Assembly (NCBI GenBank): GCA_965243135.1
Contig: OZ251539.1
Location: forward strand, 992,001 to 1,056,000
From: Alphaproteobacteria bacterium
Lineage (GTDB): Bacteria > Pseudomonadota > Alphaproteobacteria > MPNO01 > UBA830
Direction of reading: 5' to 3'
DNA: 64,000 nucleotides
Shown: positions 9,575 through 19,662 of the stretch, piece after piece
Position numbering within the stretch: the first letter of the stretch is position 1
Layout: every line of letters starts with the position of its first letter
Notes under the pieces: generated by a model
The model's input: only the letters and a program-made list of their open reading frames with translations
Database searches by the model: none
Told to the model about the DNA's origin: nothing
Program-made: the position numbers and the translations under genes

Positions 9575-11809
9575 TCAGTTCCGAAGCGTCATTCGATAAG
9601 GAAAGCTCCTGCGAACCGCGTCCAGGGACAACGGCATGCGGAGGTATTCGCCGTCGCGCCAGAGCGGCCATTGGTCGAGCAGCGTCGAACTGCCCAGCCA
9701 TCCGTCCTGCCCGCCGAGCAGAACGAAATAGTTGGCGTCTGGATCGGTCATGTCGGAAATATGCCGGGCATTGGAGCCGTAGTTGACCCTGTGGCGTTCG
9801 ACGGTGGCTTCATGGGCGGTCTTCATGAGGGTTTCGTTGCTTCCGCCGACGCCGTGCTCGGCGAAGACGTAACGGTCGCCGATGATCGGCAGGAACGCCA
9901 GCGGATGCGCCAGTCGCAGGCGATGCATGTCCGCCCAGTCGTCGAATTCGCCGAGGCCGGCGGCGGCCGCTTCGATGCCTGCCGCAAGCGCCTTGCGAAT
10001 CGTCTCGTCGTCCGCGGCTTCGATGTCTTCGCGCAGGAGCGCCGCGATGCGTCCGGATTCGGCGAAAGCGGATGCGTCGCCGAACGCGAGCGCGTAGAAC
10101 CGGGAGACGAAACCCTCGCGGAACTGTTCGAAACTGACCGCGCCGACGGAATCGGGACGATAATGCCCGTCCCAGCCCCGCATCCTGAGAAGCGCTTCGG
10201 CGCCTCTATCGTCCACGGCGATGTCCGCCGCGTCGAGTTTCGCGACGAACGAGTCGCGCAACGCCGCCGCCGAGGCGGCCCGAACGTCGCGTTGCAGCGC
10301 CGACAGCGTATCGATGCCGACCGGGGTCGCCGCTTCGACCACTTCGGCCATGCGCCGCACTCTGTCTTCGCCGGAAAAGAAGAAGCCGACAGGCATGTCG
10401 GTCGCGGCGGGCCGATTGTTGGCGGAGGCGAGATAGCCTGTCTCGGGGTTGAAGCTGAACGGCAATCGGGAGGCGGGCAGCAAGTCCGTCCATACGGCGT
10501 CGTATTCGTCGGTATCGGCTACCAGATCGGCCGGCGGTCCCCGGCGCGCCGGCAATCGCGCGGCCATGACCTGCCCGATGTTTCCTTCCGCGTCGGCGTA
10601 AAGCATGTTCTGGCCGGGCACGGCGAAGCGGTCGAACGCTTTCCGGAAATCGTGGAAGTTCCGCGCCCGGCTTGCCTCCAGCATGGCGCCGATTTCGTCG
10701 CTCGCCTGGTGGCCCGTCCATTTCAGCGCAACCGGGGGCAATCCCGACTCCGCGAGCAGGGGCGCGTCGGACAGGATCGGACCGTAGGGCGTGTCGCGCA
10801 CGGTCGTTTCGCTGTCGAACCACCAGCGCACTGCGATCCGCTCCTTGCGTTCCGAAATGTTCGACGCGGGCAGGGCGCTCACGTCGTAGAGATCGCTCGA
10901 CGCCGCGCGCATGTTGGTGCCGCCCCAGGCGACATGCGGATTCCGCCCGATCGCGAAAATCGGCAAGCCCGGCCCCATCAGTCCGACCGCGTGAAAGGAC
11001 GGAGACTTGATCCCCGCGATCAGCCAGACGTTCGGGACGAATATCCCGAGATGCGGATCGTTGGCGAGGACCGCGCCGCCGGTGCTGGTCCGGCGCGGCG
11101 CCAACGCCAGGCTGTTGCTGCCGGAGCGGGAAAGGCTGGCGAGTTTCGCGGCGCCGTCGAAGCTCGGCGGGGACGTCCGGCCTTTTTCGAGCAGTCGCGT
11201 CCAGATCTCCGGCCAGTCGGGGCGCTTGCGAAGCGGGAGCAAGTCGAGCCAGACCAGCCAGTTGACGTCGGTGCCGGCGAGGCGGCCGATGGTCACGACG
11301 TCGGCGATCGTCCATGGTTCGCGTTCGAGGTTCAGCACGCGAAATTCGTGCGGCAGTTCGGTCGCCGCATTCTGATAATGATTGATCCCCTCGACGAAAC
11401 GCGCGACCCAATCGCGCGTCGCGCGGTCCATCTCGCGCTCGATTTCGCCGGCGGCTCGGGAGAAGGACAGAATCCGAAGGCCCCTGTCGATATCCATGGC
11501 GGCGGGACCGGCCATTTCCGACAGGCGGCCGCGGGCGACCATGCGCGCCATCGCCATCTGGCCGAGCCGAAGATGGGCATGCGCCAGGCCGAGCGCGAAA
11601 GCGGCATCCCCGTCGTATTCCGCTTCGATGAAGGGGATCTGCCGCTCGTTCCAGTGCACGGTCACGGCGCCGCGCAGCGGCAGGCCGGCGATCGGGAACG
11701 CCGCGAGCCTTTCGGTCAGACTTGCCGGTTCCGGCAAAGGAGACAGCAGAGAGCAACCGGCCATCAGACCGGCCGCTATCCCGAGTCCGAGCGTCTTCAG
11801 GGGAGGCAT
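9575..11809 (-). CDS. penicillin acylase / acyl-homoserine-lactone acylase family Ntn hydrolase, lipoprotein
   Basis: lipobox LMAGC, GSNS processing site, LANDPHL, QNMLYAD..GNIG, SANN motifs. Confidence 0.9.
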   Translation of the reverse strand: MPPLKTLGLGIAAGLMAGCSLLSPLPEPASLTERLAAFPIAGLPLRGAVTVHWNERQIPFIEAEYDGDAAFALGLAHAHLRLGQMAMARMVARGRLSEMAGPAAMDIDRGLRILSFSRAAGEIEREMDRATRDWVARFVEGINHYQNAATELPHEFRVLNLEREPWTIADVVTIGRLAGTDVNWLVWLDLLPLRKRPDWPEIWTRLLEKGRTSPPSFDGAAKLASLSRSGSNSLALAPRRTSTGGAVLANDPHLGIFVPNVWLIAGIKSPSFHAVGLMGPGLPIFAIGRNPHVAWGGTNMRAASSDLYDVSALPASNISERKERIAVRWWFDSETTVRDTPYGPILSDAPLLAESGLPPVALKWTGHQASDEIGAMLEASRARNFHDFRKAFDRFAVPGQNMLYADAEGNIGQVMAARLPARRGPPADLVADTDEYDAVWTDLLPASRLPFSFNPETGYLASANNRPAATDMPVGFFFSGEDRVRRMAEVVEAATPVGIDTLSALQRDVRAASAAALRDSFVAKLDAADIAVDDRGAEALLRMRGWDGHYRPDSVGAVSFEQFREGFVSRFYALAFGDASAFAESGRIAALLREDIEAADDETIRKALAAGIEAAAAGLGEFDDWADMHRLRLAHPLAFLPIIGDRYVFAEHGVGGSNETLMKTAHEATVERHRVNYGSNARHISDMTDPDANYFVLLGGQDGWLGSSTLLDQWPLWRDGEYLRMPLSLDAVRRSFPYRMTLRN

Positions 11810-11911
11810 GCGACGTTCTCAGGCCGACGATTCGCTTGCATGTAGGGCGTTGCGGCGCATGCTGCAAGGGGCGCTCCGCGCGTCCGCCCGCCGACGGGGC
11901 AGCAGCGCCGG

Positions 11912-13351
11912 TTACGTCCGTCCGGGCGCCGGAGTAGCGCCCGGGGTGCCTGTCTCGAACGCCTTTTCGGGGCCGCCGAACCTGTCCACCAAGGCGTTCT
12001 GATCGTTCTTGGCCGCGCGGTCAGTGGCTTCGGGATCGCAGATCCCGCGCAGAAGACGGTCGTACTCCGCCGCTGTCGGCGCTTCCTTCGCCGCCAGATT
12101 GACGGTTTCTTCCGGATCGCTTTCGAGGTCGAAAAATTCCGGTTCGTAGCCGACATAGTGGATCAGTTTGCGTTTGCCGCGCCGCAACATGAAAGCGCCG
12201 CTCGGAGACGCGGCGGCGTGGTATTCGCTGAATACGGCGCGCTCCGGATCGTAATTCGCGGCCGCGATGTCGAACCACGACGCGCCCTTCAACTCCGCCT
12301 CGCGTTCGTCCGGCTCAAGGCCGGTTGCGGCGAGAACGCTCCGGTAAGCGTCAAGCAGGGAAACCGGGGTGTCGCAGACGGCGCCTGCGGCGACGCCGTC
12401 GCCGACGACGATCAGTGGAATTCCGGCAGCTTCCTCGTACATGTTGGACTTGCCCCACATGCCGCGCGCACCGACGTTGTCGCCATGATCGCTCGCGTAG
12501 ACCACGCGGGTCGCGCCTGCGAGTCCCGTTTCTTCCAAAGCGTCGAGCACTTCCCCGATCAGGGAATCCACGTAGGAGCACAATCCGAAATACGCCGCCG
12601 TCGCCTTTCTGCGCTCTTCGGCCGAGAGGTTGCCGTCCACCTGGTGAAAATCGGCCATGCGCTGCAGCCATGGGTGCCGGGCGTGCCCGTTGTCGGGATG
12701 GAGTTTCGGTTCCGGAAGATCGTCGAGAGGATAGAGTCGCCAGAACGGTTCGGGCACCTCGAGCGGAAAATGGGGCGCGACGAAACCGACATAAAGAACC
12801 CACGGCTTGCCGTCGTCGCGCGAGGCGGCATTCCCGATCCATGCCTTCGCTTCGTTTGCGATGTTGCGGTCATAGCGGTTGTAGCTGGATTCGCCCGGGC
12901 CGATCCGGCCGAGCATTCGCGAAGAAGAGGATCGGCCGGGTGGCAGAGGGTCGCGCACGGACCCCCAGACCTGGCCGATTCCGTCCATTACGTGCATCGG
13001 AATGATTTCGCGGTCGAAGCCGGTATCGAGGCCGTCGCCCCGGTAGTGAAGCTTGCCGATCGATTCCACCCGGATTCCCTCGCGCTGCAGCCGGTGCCCC
13101 CAGCTCTCGACCGCGCCGTCATAGGGCATGGCGTTGTCCCAGTAGCGGGTTTCGTGCGCGTACCGGCCAGTGGCGAAAGCCGCGCGGGCCGGGATGCAAA
13201 TCGGGGAGTTGGTGTAGGCTGCGCTGAACCGCGTGCCGCGTTCGGCGAGACGATCGAGATTGGGAGTGCGCACTTGGCTGTGGCCGTAACAGCCGAGCAT
13301 TTTGGGGCTGTGTTCGTCGGACATGATGAACAACAGGTTGCGAGCGTCCAT
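11912..13351 (-). CDS. sulfatase (choline-sulfatase-like)
   Basis: NLLFIMSDEH, CIPAR (CxPxR), GKLH, SDHGD motifs. Confidence 0.92.
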   Translation of the reverse strand: MDARNLLFIMSDEHSPKMLGCYGHSQVRTPNLDRLAERGTRFSAAYTNSPICIPARAAFATGRYAHETRYWDNAMPYDGAVESWGHRLQREGIRVESIGKLHYRGDGLDTGFDREIIPMHVMDGIGQVWGSVRDPLPPGRSSSSRMLGRIGPGESSYNRYDRNIANEAKAWIGNAASRDDGKPWVLYVGFVAPHFPLEVPEPFWRLYPLDDLPEPKLHPDNGHARHPWLQRMADFHQVDGNLSAEERRKATAAYFGLCSYVDSLIGEVLDALEETGLAGATRVVYASDHGDNVGARGMWGKSNMYEEAAGIPLIVVGDGVAAGAVCDTPVSLLDAYRSVLAATGLEPDEREAELKGASWFDIAAANYDPERAVFSEYHAAASPSGAFMLRRGKRKLIHYVGYEPEFFDLESDPEETVNLAAKEAPTAAEYDRLLRGICDPEATDRAAKNDQNALVDRFGGPEKAFETGTPGATPAPGRT

Positions 13352-13486
13352 GCGCCTCTCTTTCGGAAATCGCTCGCGCGGCCCCGGCCGCCGAAGGGAG
13401 CGCGCCGGGGCAGGGGGCGCCGGAGCGGAAGCTCCGCCGGCAAAACCCGGCGAAGCCCCGCGACGACGCTTGCAGGGCGTTCGCCG

Positions 13487-14440
13487 TTATTTGGTTGCGG
13501 CCATCAGCTCCTTGGAATTCGCAATGCCGCCGACAATCATTTCGTCGAGAGCGTCCCCCGAAATCAGCTTCGGTCCGCCGAATGCCCGCTGGACGAATTG
13601 CGCGGCCTTGGTCGACTTGTCGTTCAGCACTTCCGCGATTCCGTTCGCGATGCCCTTGCGCGCAGCGTCGGGAATGCCTTTCGGCGCCACGACGACAAAG
13701 TTGGCGCCGGCGTCGAAGGGAATGCCGAGTTCGCGGAGCGTGGGGGCGTCGGGCGACAGGGAGAGCCGTTTCCGTTCGCCGGACAGGAGATTTACGAGAT
13801 CGCCGGCCTTGACCGCCTTGGCCTGGATTCCGGCTCCCCAACCCATGTCGACGTCGCCCGCGGTGACCGCATTCACGACCGCCCGGCCGCCCTTGAGCAT
13901 GACGACGTTGAAACGCACGCCGAATTTTTGTTCGATGGCATAGGCGATGTCCGCGAGTTTCTGACTCATCGCGCCGACCCTGATCGCCTTGCCGGATTTG
14001 GCGTCGGCGATGGTGTCCCTGATCGTTTTCCAGCCGCGGTCCGCCTTTGCGACAAGGCCCATTTGCGAACCCGCCGTCGTGGTGACGTAGGTGAAATCGT
14101 CGACGCCATAAGACTGCTTCTTGGCGGCGAGGATATTGTAGCCGAAGGTCTCGGTGACCGCGATTCCGATCGTGAGGCCGTCGTTGGGCTGCGACTTCAG
14201 CTTGGCCGCCATCACCCCGCCGCCTTTCCCGGTGACGTTCTGGGGCACGATCTTCCAGCCCTTGCGCTTTTCGAGTTCGGCCGCGATGAGGCGGGCCTGC
14301 GTGTCGGCGCCGCCGCCGGCCGTGAAGGCGATCATCAGGTTGATCGGTCCCGAGGGCTTCCAGTCCGCCGCTGCCGGCGAGGTTGCGGCCGCCGCGAGGC
14401 CGACCGCGACCGCTGCCGTGGCGAAATGCTTCGAATTCAT
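13487..14440 (-). CDS. tripartite tricarboxylate transporter substrate-binding protein (TctC/Bug family)
   Basis: signal peptide, AGGGAD..AR, NVTGKGG, PDAPTLRELG motifs. Confidence 0.88.
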   Translation of the reverse strand: MNSKHFATAAVAVGLAAAATSPAAADWKPSGPINLMIAFTAGGGADTQARLIAAELEKRKGWKIVPQNVTGKGGGVMAAKLKSQPNDGLTIGIAVTETFGYNILAAKKQSYGVDDFTYVTTTAGSQMGLVAKADRGWKTIRDTIADAKSGKAIRVGAMSQKLADIAYAIEQKFGVRFNVVMLKGGRAVVNAVTAGDVDMGWGAGIQAKAVKAGDLVNLLSGERKRLSLSPDAPTLRELGIPFDAGANFVVVAPKGIPDAARKGIANGIAEVLNDKSTKAAQFVQRAFGGPKLISGDALDEMIVGGIANSKELMAATK

Positions 14441-14660
14441 GCGTTTTCTCCTTCGGCGACATGCTTCCCCAAGGAACCATATAGCGGAATATCGCGGCGG
14501 GCAAACAGCGCGCGGATCCGCGAGGGCCGCCGGAAGGCAGATCTGCGCCGCAGCTCGCGCAAGTCCCCGGGAGGAAGCCGCGGAACATCTGGATAGAATT
14601 TTTGCCGATTGGAACCATAACCGGTAAAATTCGTTACCGGATCCAGGGGACACAGGTAAC

Positions 14661-15984
14661 GTGCTCGACTTGTTGAAGGAAATTATCCTTGATTTTCAAG
14701 AGACCGAGCTCTCTACCGGCGTCCCGCGGCGCACGGAGGCGACCATGATCTCCGGCAAGGCGACCGTCTGCATCGGTCCCCGCCGAGCCGGGAAATCCAC
14801 CTTTCTGTTTCAACTGGTTCGAAAAATTCTGGATGGCGGCGCGCGCCGCGACGACATCCTCTATCTCAGTTTCTTCGACGACCGCCTTCGCCAACTGCAG
14901 CGCGACGGGCTCGCCCTCATTCCGGAAGCGTATTTTTCTCTCTTTCCGGAAAAGAAAAACGCGCGGAAAATCTACTGCTTCTTCGACGAAATGCAGGTCG
15001 TTCCCGGCTGGGAGTCTTTCGTCGACCGCTTGATGCGGACCGAGAAATGCGAGGTCTGCGTCGCCGGTTCGTCGGCCAATCTGCTGTCCCGGGAGATCGC
15101 GACGCAGATGCGCGGACGCGCTCTCGCATGGGAAATTTTTCCCTTTTCGTTCCGGGAATTCCTCGATTTCGAGGGCATCGACGGCGGCGGCAGGTTGTCG
15201 GCGCGGCGGCGGCTGCTTGTCCGGAGCGCTTTCGATCGCTTTTGGGAGGCGGGCGGCTTTCCGGAGGTTGCGGGGTTGGACCCCGCGCCGAGGATCGGAA
15301 TTCATCAGGAACGCTGGGGCACCACGCTGTTTCGCGATCGAGCGCCATGACGTCTCCCATCCCCGCGCGGTCTCGGATCTCGCCCACAGGCTGGCGGACA
15401 ACGTCGCCTCCCTCCATACCGTCAACCGGCTGACGGGGTATCTCAAGTCGCTCGATCACCGCGCGCCGAAATCCGCGGTTTCCGATTATCTGCACTGGTT
15501 GGAGGACGCCTTCTTCATGTTCGGCGTACGCATCTTCGATCCGTCCCGGGCGCGCGCCAACGCCAATCCAAGAAAGATCTACTGCATCGATCATTCGCTC
15601 GTCAGATCCGTATCTTCCGGCATCCTGGTCAACGCCGGGCATCTGCTCGAAAATCTCGTGTTTACGGCGCTTCGCCGCGTCACCTCCCGGATCTTTTATT
15701 ACAGATCCGCAACTGGCCGCGAAGTGGACTTCCTTGCGCTGATGCCCGACGGTTCGCGCATTTTGGCGCAGGTCTGCGAATCCCTTGCGGATCCCCGGAC
15801 TCTGCGCCGGGAGACGGCGGCGCTTCGCGACGCCATGGCCGAACTGGGCCAGCGGGAGAGCCTGATCGTGACCCGGGATGTCGCTCCGGGCGCGGAAAAC
15901 CGGATTACGGTCGACTCCGGCGTGATCGAAATCGTCGCCGCATGGCGCTTTCTTCTCGATCAGGCAGGCGATCACCCCGTGTGA
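14661..15984 (+). pseudogene. frameshifted AAA_14 / DUF4143 ATP-binding protein
   Basis: GPRRAGKST Walker A, FFDEMQ Walker B and GSSANLL in 14661..15350; continuation (IERHDV, NPRKIYCIDH, ENLVF, REVDF, QVC) in another frame to 15984; shift near 15335-15340. Confidence 0.85.
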
Positions 15985-16859
15985 CGCTTCGGGACCGGGT
16001 CGCCAAGAGGAACCTCCATGAGATCCTCGCCCCAGACGATGTTCCCGTCGTAGATCGTGGCCATTTCGGCGATCAGGCGCTCGCGGATGCCTGCCGTTTC
16101 CATTTGTCCGGACACGTGGCTGACCACGAGGGTGCCGGCCTTCGCCTCGGCGGCGATTTCCGCCGCTTCGCGGTGGCCGGCGGCGCCGCGAATCCACTCC
16201 GGCCCGGGCTCCGTCCCCGAAATCTGGTACGTCATGTGAACGAGTACGTCGCATCCCTGAATCAGGCGTGCGAAGGACCGCGACGGTCCCGCGTCCCCGG
16301 AATAGGCGAAGGAACCCGAGGGCGCGTCGAGACGGAAGCCGAGGCATTCGAGGTACGGTTGCGCATGCGGGACGCTGATGGCGCGGAGGAGCCAGCCGTT
16401 CCGCTCCACCGCGTCGCCGCTCGCCAGTTCCGTGACGCCGGGCGCGGGGCCAGGGCGCGGAAGCGTGCCGCCTCGCGCTTCGTAGACCTGCAGGCTCGGT
16501 TTCAGCTTCGTTCGCGCGGCGATGTCGGGTCCGAACACGCCGTCGTCGTCGAACAGCAGGCGGGTCATGCGCCCGGTATGTCCCGGGCCGTAGACGCGAA
16601 GTTCCGGGATCGTGCCCGATCCCTCGTTCCATCTGGTCAGAACCAGCCGCGCGTAATCGCAGCAATGATCGTAATGCAAATGAGACAGAACGAGATCGGT
16701 GACGTCCGTCGCCTGATGTCCCGCTTCCATCAAACGGTGGCAGACCCCCGGTCCGACGTCGAAGAGCAAGCGATCGTCGCCGAGATCGACGAGATACCCC
16801 GAACCCGCTCGCTTGAGCGAGGGCGTGGGGGTCCCGGTTCCGAGGAGCGTGATCTTCAT
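15972..16859 (-). CDS. MBL-fold metallohydrolase (RNase Z/arylsulfatase-like)
   Basis: ITLLGTGTP, SHLHYDH, YSGD and VVSH motifs. Confidence 0.88.
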   Translation of the reverse strand: MKITLLGTGTPTPSLKRAGSGYLVDLGDDRLLFDVGPGVCHRLMEAGHQATDVTDLVLSHLHYDHCCDYARLVLTRWNEGSGTIPELRVYGPGHTGRMTRLLFDDDGVFGPDIAARTKLKPSLQVYEARGGTLPRPGPAPGVTELASGDAVERNGWLLRAISVPHAQPYLECLGFRLDAPSGSFAYSGDAGPSRSFARLIQGCDVLVHMTYQISGTEPGPEWIRGAAGHREAAEIAAEAKAGTLVVSHVSGQMETAGIRERLIAEMATIYDGNIVWGEDLMEVPLGDPVPKRHTG

Positions 16860-17182
16860 CCGGTCTCTTCCGTCGCTTTCAGGGCGTGGCCGTGCGGGCA
16901 CCGTAGCGAATCGGCTCCCAAAAGTTCAGTTGCGGGGCGCAGGCAGCGTCAGGCAAGTCGGCAGGACGGAACCGAGAACTGGAATGCGCGACCGGGACCG
17001 CAGCTTTTTCCGGCGGGCGGACGCATACGACTCCGGGCGAGACGCTGTCCGCCGCTTCCCTTTCGGGATCCCGCTTTTCGCGCCGGAGGTTTCCGTCATG
17101 GTCCGGCGAAGGCGGGGCGTGTCGGCAAGGGACTTCTCCGGCGCGTCAGGCCGCCCGCGTCGGGGACGGGCGTAACGAGCCT

Positions 17183-19618
17183 TCACGTTCGCAACCTCAG
17201 ATTCCCGGGATCGTACGGGCTTTCCGGGATCACCGTGACGCGATGCCGGCGGTCCAGAACGGTCATCGTCAGTTCAGTCCCGACTGCGGCGTATTCAGGC
17301 TGCACCATGGCCAGGGCTAGCGACTTGCCGACGCGGAATCCGTAGTTGCCGCCGGTGGCGCGCCCGACCAGGACGCCGTCATGGCGGATCGGATTGTTGC
17401 CCAGAGCGTCGGCGTCCTCGACGTCGCGCACTTCAAGCGTGACGAAGGCGTTGGCGAAGCCCTTCTCCTTCCATCGCAACAGCGCGTCGCGACCGACGAA
17501 GTCGCCCTTGTCGGGATGAACGAAGCGGTCCAGGCCGGACTCCCAGGCCGCGTACTCGATCGACAGCTCGGCGCCGACCGCCCGGTACGATTTCTCGGTG
17601 CGCAGGGATTCCATGGCCCGGATGCCGAAGGGCTTGAGGTCCAGGTCCTTTCCGGCCGCCGTCAGGGCGTCGAAGATATGGTTCTGGTATTCGATCGGGT
17701 GATGCAGTTCCCAGCCCATCTCGCCGACGAAATTGACCCTGGCGGCCAACGTCGGCGCCATGCCGATCTCGACCTGCCGCGCCGACAGCCAGGGAAAGGC
17801 GGCGTTCGAGTAATCCGCCTCCGACACCCGCTGCAGCAGTTCTCGCGACCTCGGGCCGGCCACGACCAGCACGCCGGTCGCGTTCGTCAGCGGTTCGAAC
17901 CGGACCGAACCGTCGTCGGGCATCCATCGCCGGAGCCAGTCGTGGTCGAGGCGTTGCAGCGCGCCGGCGGAGACCAGGTAGAAGCTGTCCTCGGCCTCGC
18001 GCAAGACGGTGAATTCGGAGTGGACGCCGCCGCGCGCGTTCAGCGCGTGGCACAGACGGAGCCAGCCCGCGCCGCGGGGCAGGCGGTTGGCCAATAGCCG
18101 GTCGAGGAAGGCTTCGGCGCCGGGGCCCGAGACGCGGCACTTGGCGAAGGCCGTCATGTCCAGCAGGCCGACGTTGGCGGCGACGTTGCGGCATTCGTCG
18201 CCTACCGGACCGAACCACGGCGAACGGCGGAACGACCAGCGGTCTTCCCGCGGCGCGCCCTCGGGCGCGAACCAGTTGGGCCGCTCCCAGCCGAATTTCT
18301 GGCCGAACACGGCGCCCAGCGCCTTCATCCGGTCGTGGCACGGCGATTGGCGCAGAGGGCGCGCCGCGGGACGCTCCTCGTCGGGATAGTGAACGGTAAA
18401 GACGTTGGCGTAAGCCTCCCGGTTCTTCGCCCGCAAATAGGACTTTCCGGCGTAGTCGCCGAAACGCCGGGGATCCACGCCAAGCATGTCGATCGTCGGC
18501 TCGCCCTCGACGATCCATTCCGCGAGCTGCCAACCCGCGCCGCCCGCCGCGGTGACGCCGAAGCTGTGGCCCTCGTTCAGCCAGAAGTTGCGGAGGCCCC
18601 AGGCCGGGCCGACGATCGGGTTCCCGTCGGGGGTGTAGGCGATCGCGCCGTTGTAGACCTGCTTCACGCCGACTTCGCCCATGGCCGGCACCCGGTTGAT
18701 CGCGGATTCGATATGCGGCTGCAACCGCTCCAGATCTTCGGGAAACAGTTCGTACTCGGCGTCGGGCCGCGGTCCGTCGAGATAGCAACAGGGCGCGCCC
18801 TGCTCGTAGGGTCCCAGAAGCAGGCCGCCCGCCTCTTCGCGCATGTACCACGAGCCGTCGGACTCGCGCAGCACGCCCATCTCCGGAAGTCCCCGTTCGC
18901 GCCGTTCGACGATCGCGGGATGCGGTTCGGTGACGATGTACTGGTGCTCGACCGGGACGACCGGCACGTCGAGGCCGACCATGGCGCCGGTGCGGCGGGC
19001 GAAACAGCCTGAAGCGGACACCACGTGCTCGCAAAGGATGTCTCCCCGGTCCGTGCGCACCAGCCAGTCTCCGCCGGACGTCCTTTCGATGCCGGTGACC
19101 GCGGTCCGGCGATAGATGGCGGCGCCCGCCTCGCGGGCGCCTCGAGCGAGAGCCTGGGTAAGTTCGGCGGGCTGGACGTAACCGTCGCCGGGATGGCGGA
19201 TCGCTCCGAGAAGGCCGTCGACGTTGCAAATCGGCCAGAGTTCCTTGACTTCCTCCGGAGCGAGAAAGCGCAGTTCGACGCCGATGGTTTCGGCGACGCC
19301 CGCGTATTGCCGGTACTCGTCCATGCGGTCCGTCGTCGTCGCGAGGCGGATGTTGCCGACTCGGCGGAAATCCACGTCCTGGCCGGTGTCCTCCTGGAGG
19401 CGGCCGTACAACTCCACCGAGTACTTGTGGATCTGTCCGACCGAGTAGCTCATGTTGAAGAGCGGAAGCAGTCCGGCCGCATGCCAGGTCGAGCCGGAGG
19501 TGAGCTCGTTGCGCTCGCACAGCACGACGTCGTCCCAGCCTTTCGCGGCCAGATGATACAGGGTCGAAACCCCGACCACGCCGCCGCCGATGACGACCGC
19601 GCGCGCCCGATTCTTCAT
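17183..19618 (-). CDS. dimethylglycine dehydrogenase-like FAD oxidoreductase with GcvT C-terminal domain
   Basis: VIGGGVVG, SGSTWHAAG, YTPDGNP, GWERPNWF, SLRTEKSY; true start MKNRARA at 19618. Confidence 0.92.
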   Translation of the reverse strand: MKNRARAVVIGGGVVGVSTLYHLAAKGWDDVVLCERNELTSGSTWHAAGLLPLFNMSYSVGQIHKYSVELYGRLQEDTGQDVDFRRVGNIRLATTTDRMDEYRQYAGVAETIGVELRFLAPEEVKELWPICNVDGLLGAIRHPGDGYVQPAELTQALARGAREAGAAIYRRTAVTGIERTSGGDWLVRTDRGDILCEHVVSASGCFARRTGAMVGLDVPVVPVEHQYIVTEPHPAIVERRERGLPEMGVLRESDGSWYMREEAGGLLLGPYEQGAPCCYLDGPRPDAEYELFPEDLERLQPHIESAINRVPAMGEVGVKQVYNGAIAYTPDGNPIVGPAWGLRNFWLNEGHSFGVTAAGGAGWQLAEWIVEGEPTIDMLGVDPRRFGDYAGKSYLRAKNREAYANVFTVHYPDEERPAARPLRQSPCHDRMKALGAVFGQKFGWERPNWFAPEGAPREDRWSFRRSPWFGPVGDECRNVAANVGLLDMTAFAKCRVSGPGAEAFLDRLLANRLPRGAGWLRLCHALNARGGVHSEFTVLREAEDSFYLVSAGALQRLDHDWLRRWMPDDGSVRFEPLTNATGVLVVAGPRSRELLQRVSEADYSNAAFPWLSARQVEIGMAPTLAARVNFVGEMGWELHHPIEYQNHIFDALTAAGKDLDLKPFGIRAMESLRTEKSYRAVGAELSIEYAAWESGLDRFVHPDKGDFVGRDALLRWKEKGFANAFVTLEVRDVEDADALGNNPIRHDGVLVGRATGGNYGFRVGKSLALAMVQPEYAAVGTELTMTVLDRRHRVTVIPESPYDPGNLRLRT

Positions 19619-19662
19619 CGCGCCCTCCCGTTCATTCGCAGGTCCGCGCGCCCGACCGGATC

